Virus record (IMG/VR): IMGVR_UViG_3300031867_003838
Location: 44,671 to 108,670 of that record
Direction: 5' to 3' (one strand)
DNA from: a virus
Taxonomy: Duplodnaviria > Heunggongvirae > Uroviricota > Caudoviricetes
DNA: 64,000 bases
Positions 1 through 11,666 of this stretch are shown here, piece by piece. The translations under genes were made by a program, and so were the position numbers. How positions within the stretch are numbered: the first letter of the stretch is position 1; each line of letters begins with the position of its first letter. The notes under the pieces are model-generated. The model was given only the letters and a program-made list of their open reading frames with translations. It ran no database searches and had not been told where the DNA came from.

Positions 1-3000
1 GTGCCGTAGGTGGTTTTGTTAAACTACTTACAAGTGCTATCACAAAGGACCCAAGCGTAGGGCCAGAGATAATTAAGAACCTGCATAAGCTGTTTACCAG
101 TGAACAAGTTGGATCTCTAATATTCAAGAATTTCAAAGGCAAAGCGTTCAAAGGTCTTATAGACTCAGCAGATGATCTTACTGAAGCAATAGCAACTCCA
201 ATCGAGAAAGGCTTCACGCTTGGAGCAGAAGGATCAAGCTCTGCAGTTAGTGAGATTGTAGAAAAGTTTGCAACCGATGGTACTATAGAGGCAGCCGCTG
301 AAACGGCTGGCAGTGTTATGGCGGAAGCCACCGAGAAGGCAACAAAAAAAGGTGTAACCAAAGCCGTTCAAGATGCTGGAAAGGATGCGGCTGTCAGTGG
401 TGCTGCAGAAGCTATGGGTAATACTATTGGTGATGCTTCCGGTAAAGCTGCTAAAGAAGGTGTAACCAAAGCTGTCAAAGAGATCGGATCTGACGCAGGT
501 GCTGAAGCAGTAGGTGAAGCCATTGGTAAAAAAATTGGTGGAACCGCAGGCGAAATAATACCAGAAGGTTTAGAGAAGGCCGGTGTCGAAGGCGGAACAA
601 AAGCTGCTGCCGGTATAGCAACTGGTCTTACCGCATTTGGATGGGCTGCTGTTGCTGCTGCAATTGTGGCAGTTGTAGGCGGAGCAATTTATCTAGGATA
701 TAAACAGCAGCAAGAGAAAATCAAAAAAGAACTTGAACAAGGCGTTTCCCAATGGGATGATGACAAATCCAAGATTGAGGAATATAGACAAAGAATTAGA
801 GAACTTCGCGATGAGCTTAAAGACACAGATCTTTCTCAGGAAGATCAATCTCGAATCAAGAGTGAGCTCCTTGAAATACAGAAAGACATAGTTGAGCAAT
901 ATGGCGAGGAAGCCAGAACAATTGATTTAATTAATGGTGATCTGGAACGCCAGATGAATATATTGTCTGGCATTGCAAAAGAAAAAGCAGAGGAAAACCT
1001 GCGCACAAATCGAGAGGGTTACGAAGAAGCGAAGCGTGTAATGAATTCCAAAGTGTCTGCTACTTCATCAGGAAATATTATTCTTGAAGATCCAAATGAC
1101 GTTAAAACGATGAGTGACCTCATGAGCAGATTAAATTCCATTGAAGGCGTAAATGCATCAGTCGGAAATTATATGCGAGGGCACGATGGAATGTTTGGTT
1201 ATACGCCTGGTACCCTTCAGTATACCGTTGACATCGATTATCAAGATGTATATGACACAGTCGATGGACTTGATGAAATCGATGCAGAGATTAATAAACT
1301 TCTCAATAATCCACAAATTGATTTTAATACAAAGACGACCCTTAACACACTGCGTGCAAATTTGTTTGGCACAGATATGGTTAGCGGTGACTTCGGCAAA
1401 AACTACAGCAACTATACTCAATTTGCTGCCGGTGACAGAGCGAGGCGCGAACAGGAATTTAGCCTCCAAGGCGGAGAAGAACACATAGGCAAATTAGAAG
1501 ATGCCGTAAAGAGTTATAATAATGCAATCGCAGAAGGTGATCCTTCAAAGATCAAGGAAACACAGTTGGCCTTCGAAGATACTGCTGACGCTTTCAAGGA
1601 ATGGGCTAACCAAAAAGGATTCACGAAAGAATACGAAACATATTTTAAAGACCTCACAAGTACCATCAGCACGACAAGAGTCAACTTAATTGAATTACAA
1701 GATGCACTCTCGAATTCAACCAATTCTAACACAAAGAAACTTAACGAATCTCGCAAAGAAATCAGCTCTATGCTTGAAGAAATTAGTTCGGCTGGATTCA
1801 CGAAAGATGATACTAAATTTGGTAACGTGCTTCTTGACCAATCTAGGCAGAGTATAAGATGGACGGAAGAGAACCTTAATAAGTATAAGAAAGAGATTGA
1901 ATCTTGGGACCACCTTCAGGCAGAAGATCTTGCAAATACTGTAACGTCTGCGCTTGCAAAATCTAATACGTTTAATGTTAACGGTAAAAAGTTTGAAGTA
2001 GCGTTTAGTCCTATTCTTCAAGGTAAAGACGGTAGAGCGCAACTACTCGATTCGTCAACTCTTAATAAGTATATTAATCAAGTATTGTCTGAAGCTATGG
2101 CTGATGATGGCAAACTTGACTTGAAGGAAGTTCTTAAGATTGATACCCGTGGGATAAAAGTTGATGGTATAGAAATCAAGAATGTCATTGGTGATGTGGG
2201 CGAAGCTCTTAAAGGTCAGGCATCGCAAGCAGAGAATACAGCCAAAGCTATGAACTATCTCGGCGAGAACGGGAAGATCTCCCAGAAGGAATTGGAAGCT
2301 CAGGCTTTAGAACAAGTAGTTGCTCTTCAAAAATTAAATGAAGCTGTCAAAGAGTTTAATCTTGATTCAACGGACATTGAGAATATTCTCATACGCTTAA
2401 AAGAAGGTTTAATAAATCCGAGAGCTCTTTCAGAGGAAGAACAGGCTGTTTATGATCTTGCAAAAGCATATGGTATTATCCCGGAAAAGATTAATGAGAT
2501 AAAAGATGAAAGCATTGCGGAGTTAATTGACGTATTAAGTGCGTCTGGAACTGCTATTAAACATTTCGATGATATTGTCTCAGATTCTTTCGAGGAAATG
2601 GCTAGCGATTTGAAATCGAGTATTCGCAATGCCATTGATGGCATAGGTATGATCAATTCGGCCATCGTCAACAATATGTCTGGCAAAGGTCTGAAGATGG
2701 AATATGATGAAGAAGCTAAGAAATATATTAGCGACATCGACAATCTAAACGAATTGTTCGCAGGCTTAGAAGGCTATGACTCTTCGAAACTCTTTGAAGA
2801 TACGGCTATGGGTGTACGCCTTAATACTGATGAGTTACGTAAGCTCGAAGCTCAGAAACGCAATATTGATAAGCAGGAATTCGAGAAGAAAGAACTTACC
2901 ATGAGGCACGAGCTTCTAATCCTGAACGCAGAGATGGCTTCTCAGAACTACAGAGACGGCAAGAAGATAATAGACATCGAAAACGAAAAGATTAAGAAGC

Positions 3001-6000
3001 ATAAAGAAGAACTTGAGCAGATTGGGCATCTTAAATCCGCATACGAAGGTGAAGCGAATGCATATCAAAGATGGCTCGCCGCTCAGCAGGCAGGTGATCC
3101 AGATGCGTTATATAATAATATTGCTCAGACCGGGCTAACCCGCCTTGATGATTTAGTTGGCCAGAATAAATATAACCATCCGGAAGTCCGAGCAATACTC
3201 GAACTTCTTACTGGCAAAGATCTTTCTACTGCATCTGTCGATCAGTTAGCCGAGGCATATAGAAATCTCAATCAGTGGCTTGGCGAAACTGATTATAGTA
3301 TGAGAGAAATTCTTTCAGACAATAACAACGAGGACTTACGCCGCTTTGGAAACGAACTTGAAAAACTTGGTTATCTTGTAAATGAAGGTGGCAAGTATAA
3401 GCTATCTGATGCACTCAGCATGGATGAGGCTGCCTCAGAGCTTCAGATGGGAGTTGAAACGCTCCAAGCAATTATTGATGCATTAAATACGTATGTCACC
3501 ACATTTACTTCTGTAAAAGAGCAGCTTATTTATGAATATAATGCAACGTCTGATCGATTAGCTAAAGATCTCAATACAGCGATTACGCGTATAGACGAAG
3601 TTAATGCTGCTCTTGTTAATAACAAGTCTGGGAAAGGTTTGTCGTTTAGTTATGATCCAGTAACTAAAAAGTACACTGGCGATGTCATCAATCTGACAAA
3701 CGCATTCAAGAATTTAAAGCACTCTGTTAATGGATTTAACCCTGCCACTCTCTTCTACCGTTCCGCAACGGGCATCCGTTTGAATACTGACGAACTTCGA
3801 AAACTCCAGGCGGCAGAGAGAGGAATAATGAATCAGAAGTTTGAATCCCAAAAGATCAAACTGCAGAGAGAATTAAGTGCTTTAATGCACGAGATGCAAA
3901 TCACCTCGTTAAATGATACGGCAAAGCTCACAGATGCTGAGAAAGAGCATATTCTTACTCTCCAAGAAAAGCTTCGTAACGTCGAAATGCTTAAGGCTTC
4001 ATACGATGGTGCTACCAATGCATATCAGCGCTGGCTCGACGCACAGTCTGCTGGAGATCCTGGCGACATATACGAAAACATTGCAAACAATGGTATAAAG
4101 CGTCTCGACGAATTAATGTCGCAAGGTAAGGTAGGACATACAGAAGTCCGTGCATTGCTTGAGCTGATCACAGGTAAAGATTTATCAACTGCAAAAATCG
4201 ACCAGTTAATTGATTTATATAACGATCTTGATCGTACTATTGGGCAGACGTCAATTACTGTACGCGATCTTTTTGATACTGAGAACGGGAAAGGTGTACA
4301 AAACTTTGCTGAGGTATTGAAATCAATTGGGTATGCTACTGGCGGCGAAGGTCAAATGCAATTGACAAAATGGATCAACACGGAAGATATAGCCTATTTA
4401 ACTGGGCTATCCGAGGAATTTGTGGAAGCGAATCTTAACGCTATGAAGACCTATGGCGCTGAGTTTACGATTTTGTCCAAGGAGGTAGCAGATGCCCTCA
4501 ACTTCCTCGATCCAAAAATCGACGATTATATGGCAAAGATAAATGGCATCGCCGAGGAAAAAGGGTTGAGTGAATTACAGATTCGTTTTGACATAGCAGA
4601 ACTTAATGATACAGCAGAGATAGAAGCCGAAATTCAACATCTTACAGAAATGAGAGATAATCTTCTCGCGGAAGGTAAGATGCAGATTGATAGTACTGAA
4701 TATCAATTATTTGATAATTTGTTGGGCACATTAAACAATAAGGTGTCATGGCTTAAAGACGAACTGCCATTTCAAATACTTGATTCATCTACGATTGATG
4801 CATTAAAGCAAGCAGATGAAACATTAGATAAGCTCACGGAGACATATAGATATGCATCTAAAGCTGGTGGAACTGTAGATATCAAAGCAGATACTGCATT
4901 ATATGAAGCTATAGATGCCCTTAAAAAGTTTAAGCCGGAAGATTTAGAGTTATCCTTAAAGATGCACAACATTGATGTTTCGCCAGATGCTACCACAGAT
5001 CAAATTGTTGATGCATATATCAAAGCATTTGAAGAAGGAACTCTTAGAACCGTAGCAGAATATAATGAAAGTATTGGTGAAGGGACGGAGTCTGCTGCTG
5101 ATAATCTCACAAAGGCTTCGAAGACCATTGGCGAGACAATTACTGGAGCTGCTGATTATCTTAAGAAGAAGATTGAAGAGGCTGCCAAATCATTTGCAGA
5201 TTTCGTGACAGGAAAATCGGATAATCCTTTCTCGAAATTCTTTACGAAGGATTCTCAATCAGGTGATGGTAATGTAACCACGTCTCCCAAAATTGATACA
5301 GAATCTATACGTACTCAGACAAAAGAACTAGAAGAGTTGTCCAAGGAGCTTGAGGCTGCTCGTGCCAAAGTCAGAGAGGCGGGCCTTGATCCGTCTCAAA
5401 CCCTTGTGGGCAATATTGACTTTAGATCTGGTAGACAGGAAATACAATGGACATCTGATCTTCTTAAAGACTATGGCACACAGATTCAGTCATGGGGCGG
5501 AAACGCAGAAGATCTCCTCGGTAAGGTTTCGTCTGCAATGGTCGAAGTAGAAAAGATGCCGGTTAATGGTATGAACTTCGATGTTGCATTTACGCCTATG
5601 CTCCAAGGCGCAGGCACTGGTGGTGGCCCTGCTATTCTCAGCAAGGATTTAATGAAGTCATATCTTCATGCTGTAATCCTTGAGGCAATGAATGGTGGCG
5701 AACCATTCTCGTTTGACGCCATTTTGAAAATTGATCAGCAAGGTGTCGAAGGGTTTAAAGTGAATGGCATTCAGATACAAAATATGATTGGTGCTATTAG
5801 TGAATCTCTGGATGACGGGAAAAGCCAAGCCGAAAAGATGGGCGAGGCTATGTACTATCTCGGAAATAATGGAGAGATTGAGAAACTCGTCAAGGAGATG
5901 GATGAACTTGGGAAACCTGTTGACACTAAGGTTCAGATTAGTGTTGAAGGACAGGAGCGTATCAAAGAACTGCAGGGTTATCTTGATAAGCTCCAAGATG

Positions 6001-9000
6001 GCGAGCTGATAAATGTTGATGACCCAGAACTTCTTGGCATCCTAAGTAAAATCAATTCTTTACCAGATTCAACAAGGGTTGAAGTACTGACTCATTTTGG
6101 GCTTGATGCTGGAGCATACGACACCGCAGAGGAAATTGCGCGTGCTCTAGCCAATTCGTTTAATGAGAGTATGAATTCTGGCGCTGCTGTAACAAGTGAG
6201 AAAGTTGGATCTATAGCATCGACGGTTGAGCAAGCAGTTCAATCGATGTCCGGTGCCGTAGCACATACGGCTGAAATAGCAGAAGGATCGTCCGAGAGAA
6301 TCAAGACTAATAGCGAACTGATGTCGCAATCTCTTATCCAAGCATCAGATAAGATGACAGAGACTGCGAAGATCGTAGCATCTAGCCTTGATACAACTAC
6401 ACAGTTCTCGAAAGCTTATCAATCATCTGGGAGTAGCAATTCCACAGAATCGTCTAATTCTTCTGGCGAATCAATTAATACTGACGACGAAGTAGAAGCG
6501 TTAGAACGTCTGAAGACTGCTGCTGAAGAAGCTGCAGCCGCGAAAGAAAGTGTTAAGACCGCTAATGAAGATCTTAACATATCGGCACAAGCGTCAACCG
6601 AGGCTTTGACAAATGAAGCCCAGTCTATGGAAATGGTGGCTACTTCGGGCAGAAATGCGGCAGACGCAAAGAACGAATTAGGCGTGGCGAATCAGGCACT
6701 TACCACATCCATTGATGAAACGATTACGAAACTGAATGCTGAAGCCGAAGCACTCAATTCTTTTCTCTCGCAGAATCAGGATGGTTCAGGTATTAAAATA
6801 GGACTTGATACTACAGAGTACGATGAATTCTCCGAGAAGCTTGCTAACGATGAATCACAAGATCACATAATAAACGCCAAAGCAACGCTTGCCGTAGAAG
6901 GTCAAGAGTTATTCGACACGGCATCCGCATCAAAGGAATATTTGGCGACAGATACAAAGGGTGTATCTGCTCAAGATGTACAGAACATCCCTGAGCTTCA
7001 GACGCAGAATACCCTGAAGATGGAGAATGCAAAGAGTACGACCGGTACTTCGGCGCAGAATGTTCTTAATATGGATGAAATGCAGAACGCATTGAGCCTT
7101 AAGAATAGTCTCGCTGGTACAACGACAGGATACATCTACCTTAATATAGATGGTGCTATCAATGCTCTTAATAGTCTCCAGGATCGTATTAATAGCATGC
7201 AAAACCAGACGATCTATGTCAATGGATCTGCCAACTCATCATTCGCAACTGGTACTGCCCTCTCTCGCTTCTATGGGAATGCTTATGCCAAAGGTAACTG
7301 GGGTACTAAAAAGACTGAAGAAGCCTTACTAGCAGAAGTAGGTCCTGAGATATTGGTCAATCCGTCTACAGGCAGATGGGAACTCGTAGGTCAACATGGG
7401 CCTGTCATGAAGAAGGTTCCTAAGGGATCTATCATCTTCAACCACAAGCAAACCGAAGAGATCCTGAAACACGGACATACCAATAGTCGTGGCCAGGTCG
7501 AAGGTGCGGCACACTTATCAGGCACCGCGTATGGTTATGGTGGTTGGAATTGGGATTCTAATAAAAATAGAACCAACGATTCTTACTTCCCAGATTCTGA
7601 AGATAATGATGTTGAGATCGCAGACGAGATCAACAACTACGACTATTCTTCTCCTACCTATAATAATTATGGTAGTGACAGTGGCACCATCAATGGGCAA
7701 CAGAATTATTCCAGTGGTGGAGATATAGCTGAGGAAATACCATATCATGAAGGCGGAGATGAACCTGATCGCGTTTATACTAAAATGTATCGGTTGCCAG
7801 ATGGAGCCAAAGATGAGTTTCTTGATCCTTCAGAAGCCAGACTTTATACCGGATATTATGAACCTCTCAAGAATAGGGATTATGTCAATAATGGCCCTAA
7901 ACCGGTAAGTCAAAACATTGCGCCTGATAGCTATATATCAGATACTACATCTTCAACCAAACCAATAACATCTGAAGGGCCAGATGAGTTTATTGATGAT
8001 GTTACAGACACGGTTACTAAGACTTCTGAAAAAGTCAGTAAGAGTGCAGAGAAAGCATTCGACCAAATTGTAGACTGGATTGAAATCTATGTTGATCGAC
8101 TTGACAACCGCTTGGCTGACCTTGCGAAGAAAGCGGACGACGCATTTTTAGGATATAACGACCGCATTAAAGCGTCTAAGAAATATGTCGCTGTCGCTGA
8201 ATCGAAGATAGATGATTATAAAGCGGCTGCGGATGCTTATCTTAATATGGCAAATAACGTCGACATTAGTCATAGCGAAATGCGCCGTATCAGAAACGGT
8301 GACCTTGACATAGAACATGTTAAAGACGAGGAAAAGTACGACAAACTGATGGAGTACAAAGATTACTATGAAAAGTATCTTGCTGCTCTTGAGAAAGTTG
8401 AAGGACTTAGTACCGCAAAGTATGAACAGATGCAGAAGCGTTTCCAGTTGACCAACGATTTGTTCTCTCAAAAGGATGAAGAATTCCAGTCCAAGATGGA
8501 AGTAGTCCAGGCGACGATTGAATCATTGCGTGCTAATGGTGAGGATATTTCTGAACACTTTGAAGATTATCAGGAACTTCAGCAGCTTGAGAAAGATACA
8601 ATAAGGGAAAGAGCTCGTCATATTAAAGCGCTGCAAAAGAGTTATAAGGAAGCCATAGATAATGGTCTCGATGAAACATCGGAAGCCGCCATTCAAATGC
8701 GCAGTACAATTAATAGCCTTGAGGCAGAGAACAAAAAGGCGACTGCAAATATCACTAGCTATTGGCGGGCATGGATGCAGCAAGTCAAGGAACAGTTTGA
8801 TGACATTGACGAATACTATTCATTGAAGTCACAGGTTATTGACAACCGTATTACTGCAATTTCTACTACCAAAGACATATCAACTGAAATGGGATATAAG
8901 GAATCGGCCGTATACCAGAAGCAGATGATGCGTTATGAGGAGTTGCGGAAACCTATTCTCGAAGCAGAACTGGAACGTCTTGAAAACATGCTTACCAATG

Positions 9001-11657
9001 TTAAGAAAGGTACTAAGCAATGGTACACCATGCTCAATACGATTGACGGTGTTAAAGAGGAGATAAGACAGTCTACTCTCTCATTGCTTCAAATGCAGAA
9101 CGCGATTGATAAGCTTAAGTTCCAGCAGTTTGAAGATTACATCGCTAAGATCCATACGAACCTTGTTGACGATCCGCAATTCATGATCGATTACATGAGT
9201 TACTTCAAACTATTCAACGACAACGGTTCATACAATAAACTTGGTCAGGCTACGGAAGCTCTGCACACGGAGAAGTATTTTGCACTGATCAACGAGCGTG
9301 ATAGGTATAATAATAAAGTCGCTGATATAGAAAAACAGCTTCAGAGTAATCCAAATGATGAGGAACTTCTGAGTAAGAAGAAGGAATATATTGAGCTGAG
9401 TCAGCAAGCGACAATCGCCGCAATGAATGAGAGGAAGGCCGTCCAAGACCTTGTAAAGGAAGGTATGCAGATTGAGCTTGATAACCTTCAGAAGCTGATC
9501 AATAAATACAACGAGTCTTTGGATAACGCAAAGAACCTGTATGACTATCAGAAGAACATTGCTAAGCAGACTAAGAACATTGCCAAACTTGAGAAACAGG
9601 CGACTGCTTTCTCATTCGACAATTCCGAAGAAGGTCAGGCAATGCGTCAGAAGATTTCTGTCCAGCTTGAAGAAGCGAAAGAACAGCTTGAGGAAACCGA
9701 GTATCAACATTACATCACCGAACAGAAGAAGATCCTCAGCGACATGTACTCCAAATATGAGCAGAGACTCAACGAGCTTTCGGATAACATCACCGCACTC
9801 TTTAAGGATGCGATGGCAAGATCCGAATCGAACAAGAACCAAATCTGTAGTACGATTCTTGAATCTCTCGGAGTAGATGTCAACCCATATCTCGAAAATA
9901 TTTTCAAGTCGGAAGAAACTATAAAGTCGGCTACGATTCATGAGACCAGGGCAATCGACAAAGATGAACTTGAACTGATTCATTCAGCAGATGATTACGC
10001 GAGAACTCCTCATGATAGAAAGGAGTATGAAGGCGGTACTGGAAAACCTCCTATCCCAGAAAAGACCGAAACCAAAGAGGATAAATCAAAAGACGAAGAC
10101 AAAAACAAAAAACAGGATGATAAAACTGATGAAGTAAAATTCGAAAAAGAAACAATATTCAGGGCTACTTCCAAAGTTTATAATGAGGCCATTCAGAATT
10201 TATTAAATCAGTATCAAAAGGAGATCAACAACAATCAAACCCAAATGGCAAAACAAACAGTATCGGACCTGACCAAAATTCTTAACCAAATTATTGCTCA
10301 AGGCAACGCAGACAAGTTAGAACTTGATAAAGTTAAGAAGGCTTATTCGAATATCGAGGCGGCTGTTAGATCAACAGGTATTGATTCGACACAAACAAAG
10401 TTTGGTAATGTTGACCTTAGCAATCGTAAGAGTATTGCGTGGACTAACACCAACCTGAATAAATACGCAACACAGCTTGGATCGTGGGGCATCAAAGCTG
10501 AAGACATCAAGGGTACAACCACGAATCTTATGGCAGATACACACAGGTTTGATGTCAATGGTCAGAAAGTATCCGTGACATTTACCCCAATGTTAGAGGG
10601 GGCAGATGGCAAGGCAACATTGCTCACCCAGGATTCCGTTTATAAATACATTGAGACCATACTCAAGAAAGCCACATGGAATGGCGAAGAGTTAAACTTC
10701 GACAAGGTTCTTAAGCTTGATGCCAAAGGTCTTGAAATTGAAGGCGAGAAGGTCAAAGGTATTATTGCCGAAATCAGTAACGCAAAACAGGGACAGCAAA
10801 GTCACGCCGAGAAGCTTTGGAAAGCATTACAATACATAGGACCAGACGGAGAACTCGGAAAAATTAAAACAGCTCTCGAAGAATTAGAAAGGATCGAGGC
10901 TCTTAAGACTATGGCAGAACAGCTTAAGAAGCTCGGCATTGAAGCCGTTGATGTCGAGAAGGTGATTAAACGTCTGAAAGAAGCAGGCACTGAAGCTGTC
11001 ACGGCCACTGATATCAAGAAAGTTACTACCACACTTCCTACAAAACCAACTACGAACACGCCCAAAACACCTACTACCAAAACATCTACCCCAACAGTAG
11101 ATAAGTCGCTAGAAGAAAAAATAAATAATCACATAGATGAACTTAAGAAGAAAGTAGCTGCCGGTAGCAAGGCAGCGAAGGCTTACTGGACAGACGATAA
11201 AATTGAATCGTATCGTGCGTATTTGTTACGAACAGGTGGTCTTGCATCTGGATCGAAGAAGATCTCTAAAAACGAAATTGCATGGACACAGGAAAATAAG
11301 CCGGAAACGATTGTGCGCAAATCAGATCACGCAGTGCTTACACGTCTTGGCAAAGGCGACCGCGTTTATAACGCAGCTGCTTCAGAGAATATGTGGAAGG
11401 CTGCAAATGATCCGCTTACTTATATTAAAGATGCCTTGTCTGACACACCTGTTCAGGCAGGATCTTCTGTGGCCGGTACGTCAATTGGCAATATTACGTA
11501 TAGCGTGAACATTCCAATTGAGCGCGTACAGGATTACAACGATTTCGTAAACCAGATGCGTGCAGATGGCAAATTTGAAAAGATGATCCAGTCGATGACG
11601 ATTGACAGGATTACAGGTGGAAGCAAACTTGCCAAAAATAAATATCAGTGGTCTTAA
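1..11657 (+). CDS. Tail tape measure protein, 5'-truncated by the window edge (3779 aa visible; frame open back to nt 3)
   Basis: Giant ORF with no stop upstream in frame. N-terminal Gly/Ala-rich hydrophobic segment (GIATGLTAFGWAAVAAAIVAVVGGAIYLGY) followed by long coiled-coil, K/E-rich sequence. Internal protein-level repeats: three ~150-aa units (KFGNV.L...R.SI.WT..NLNKY...WG) and two ~230-aa units (VNNKSGKGL...NAYQRWL.AQ.AGDP). Lies immediately upstream of Dit/Tal-like genes. Confidence 0.7.
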   Translation, partial: AVGGFVKLLTSAITKDPSVGPEIIKNLHKLFTSEQVGSLIFKNFKGKAFKGLIDSADDLTEAIATPIEKGFTLGAEGSSSAVSEIVEKFATDGTIEAAAETAGSVMAEATEKATKKGVTKAVQDAGKDAAVSGAAEAMGNTIGDASGKAAKEGVTKAVKEIGSDAGAEAVGEAIGKKIGGTAGEIIPEGLEKAGVEGGTKAAAGIATGLTAFGWAAVAAAIVAVVGGAIYLGYKQQQEKIKKELEQGVSQWDDDKSKIEEYRQRIRELRDELKDTDLSQEDQSRIKSELLEIQKDIVEQYGEEARTIDLINGDLERQMNILSGIAKEKAEENLRTNREGYEEAKRVMNSKVSATSSGNIILEDPNDVKTMSDLMSRLNSIEGVNASVGNYMRGHDGMFGYTPGTLQYTVDIDYQDVYDTVDGLDEIDAEINKLLNNPQIDFNTKTTLNTLRANLFGTDMVSGDFGKNYSNYTQFAAGDRARREQEFSLQGGEEHIGKLEDAVKSYNNAIAEGDPSKIKETQLAFEDTADAFKEWANQKGFTKEYETYFKDLTSTISTTRVNLIELQDALSNSTNSNTKKLNESRKEISSMLEEISSAGFTKDDTKFGNVLLDQSRQSIRWTEENLNKYKKEIESWDHLQAEDLANTVTSALAKSNTFNVNGKKFEVAFSPILQGKDGRAQLLDSSTLNKYINQVLSEAMADDGKLDLKEVLKIDTRGIKVDGIEIKNVIGDVGEALKGQASQAENTAKAMNYLGENGKISQKELEAQALEQVVALQKLNEAVKEFNLDSTDIENILIRLKEGLINPRALSEEEQAVYDLAKAYGIIPEKINEIKDESIAELIDVLSASGTAIKHFDDIVSDSFEEMASDLKSSIRNAIDGIGMINSAIVNNMSGKGLKMEYDEEAKKYISDIDNLNELFAGLEGYDSSKLFEDTAMGVRLNTDELRKLEAQKRNIDKQEFEKKELTMRHELLILNAEMASQNYRDGKKIIDIENEKIKKHKEELEQIGHLKSAYEGEANAYQRWLAAQQAGDPDALYNNIAQTGLTRLDDLVGQNKYNHPEVRAILELLTGKDLSTASVDQLAEAYRNLNQWLGETDYSMREILSDNNNEDLRRFGNELEKLGYLVNEGGKYKLSDALSMDEAASELQMGVETLQAIIDALNTYVTTFTSVKEQLIYEYNATSDRLAKDLNTAITRIDEVNAALVNNKSGKGLSFSYDPVTKKYTGDVINLTNAFKNLKHSVNGFNPATLFYRSATGIRLNTDELRKLQAAERGIMNQKFESQKIKLQRELSALMHEMQITSLNDTAKLTDAEKEHILTLQEKLRNVEMLKASYDGATNAYQRWLDAQSAGDPGDIYENIANNGIKRLDELMSQGKVGHTEVRALLELITGKDLSTAKIDQLIDLYNDLDRTIGQTSITVRDLFDTENGKGVQNFAEVLKSIGYATGGEGQMQLTKWINTEDIAYLTGLSEEFVEANLNAMKTYGAEFTILSKEVADALNFLDPKIDDYMAKINGIAEEKGLSELQIRFDIAELNDTAEIEAEIQHLTEMRDNLLAEGKMQIDSTEYQLFDNLLGTLNNKVSWLKDELPFQILDSSTIDALKQADETLDKLTETYRYASKAGGTVDIKADTALYEAIDALKKFKPEDLELSLKMHNIDVSPDATTDQIVDAYIKAFEEGTLRTVAEYNESIGEGTESAADNLTKASKTIGETITGAADYLKKKIEEAAKSFADFVTGKSDNPFSKFFTKDSQSGDGNVTTSPKIDTESIRTQTKELEELSKELEAARAKVREAGLDPSQTLVGNIDFRSGRQEIQWTSDLLKDYGTQIQSWGGNAEDLLGKVSSAMVEVEKMPVNGMNFDVAFTPMLQGAGTGGGPAILSKDLMKSYLHAVILEAMNGGEPFSFDAILKIDQQGVEGFKVNGIQIQNMIGAISESLDDGKSQAEKMGEAMYYLGNNGEIEKLVKEMDELGKPVDTKVQISVEGQERIKELQGYLDKLQDGELINVDDPELLGILSKINSLPDSTRVEVLTHFGLDAGAYDTAEEIARALANSFNESMNSGAAVTSEKVGSIASTVEQAVQSMSGAVAHTAEIAEGSSERIKTNSELMSQSLIQASDKMTETAKIVASSLDTTTQFSKAYQSSGSSNSTESSNSSGESINTDDEVEALERLKTAAEEAAAAKESVKTANEDLNISAQASTEALTNEAQSMEMVATSGRNAADAKNELGVANQALTTSIDETITKLNAEAEALNSFLSQNQDGSGIKIGLDTTEYDEFSEKLANDESQDHIINAKATLAVEGQELFDTASASKEYLATDTKGVSAQDVQNIPELQTQNTLKMENAKSTTGTSAQNVLNMDEMQNALSLKNSLAGTTTGYIYLNIDGAINALNSLQDRINSMQNQTIYVNGSANSSFATGTALSRFYGNAYAKGNWGTKKTEEALLAEVGPEILVNPSTGRWELVGQHGPVMKKVPKGSIIFNHKQTEEILKHGHTNSRGQVEGAAHLSGTAYGYGGWNWDSNKNRTNDSYFPDSEDNDVEIADEINNYDYSSPTYNNYGSDSGTINGQQNYSSGGDIAEEIPYHEGGDEPDRVYTKMYRLPDGAKDEFLDPSEARLYTGYYEPLKNRDYVNNGPKPVSQNIAPDSYISDTTSSTKPITSEGPDEFIDDVTDTVTKTSEKVSKSAEKAFDQIVDWIEIYVDRLDNRLADLAKKADDAFLGYNDRIKASKKYVAVAESKIDDYKAAADAYLNMANNVDISHSEMRRIRNGDLDIEHVKDEEKYDKLMEYKDYYEKYLAALEKVEGLSTAKYEQMQKRFQLTNDLFSQKDEEFQSKMEVVQATIESLRANGEDISEHFEDYQELQQLEKDTIRERARHIKALQKSYKEAIDNGLDETSEAAIQMRSTINSLEAENKKATANITSYWRAWMQQVKEQFDDIDEYYSLKSQVIDNRITAISTTKDISTEMGYKESAVYQKQMMRYEELRKPILEAELERLENMLTNVKKGTKQWYTMLNTIDGVKEEIRQSTLSLLQMQNAIDKLKFQQFEDYIAKIHTNLVDDPQFMIDYMSYFKLFNDNGSYNKLGQATEALHTEKYFALINERDRYNNKVADIEKQLQSNPNDEELLSKKKEYIELSQQATIAAMNERKAVQDLVKEGMQIELDNLQKLINKYNESLDNAKNLYDYQKNIAKQTKNIAKLEKQATAFSFDNSEEGQAMRQKISVQLEEAKEQLEETEYQHYITEQKKILSDMYSKYEQRLNELSDNITALFKDAMARSESNKNQICSTILESLGVDVNPYLENIFKSEETIKSATIHETRAIDKDELELIHSADDYARTPHDRKEYEGGTGKPPIPEKTETKEDKSKDEDKNKKQDDKTDEVKFEKETIFRATSKVYNEAIQNLLNQYQKEINNNQTQMAKQTVSDLTKILNQIIAQGNADKLELDKVKKAYSNIEAAVRSTGIDSTQTKFGNVDLSNRKSIAWTNTNLNKYATQLGSWGIKAEDIKGTTTNLMADTHRFDVNGQKVSVTFTPMLEGADGKATLLTQDSVYKYIETILKKATWNGEELNFDKVLKLDAKGLEIEGEKVKGIIAEISNAKQGQQSHAEKLWKALQYIGPDGELGKIKTALEELERIEALKTMAEQLKKLGIEAVDVEKVIKRLKEAGTEAVTATDIKKVTTTLPTKPTTNTPKTPTTKTSTPTVDKSLEEKINNHIDELKKKVAAGSKAAKAYWTDDKIESYRAYLLRTGGLASGSKKISKNEIAWTQENKPETIVRKSDHAVLTRLGKGDRVYNAAASENMWKAANDPLTYIKDALSDTPVQAGSSVAGTSIGNITYSVNIPIERVQDYNDFVNQMRADGKFEKMIQSMTIDRITGGSKLAKNKYQWS

Positions 11658-11666
11658 ATATAGATT

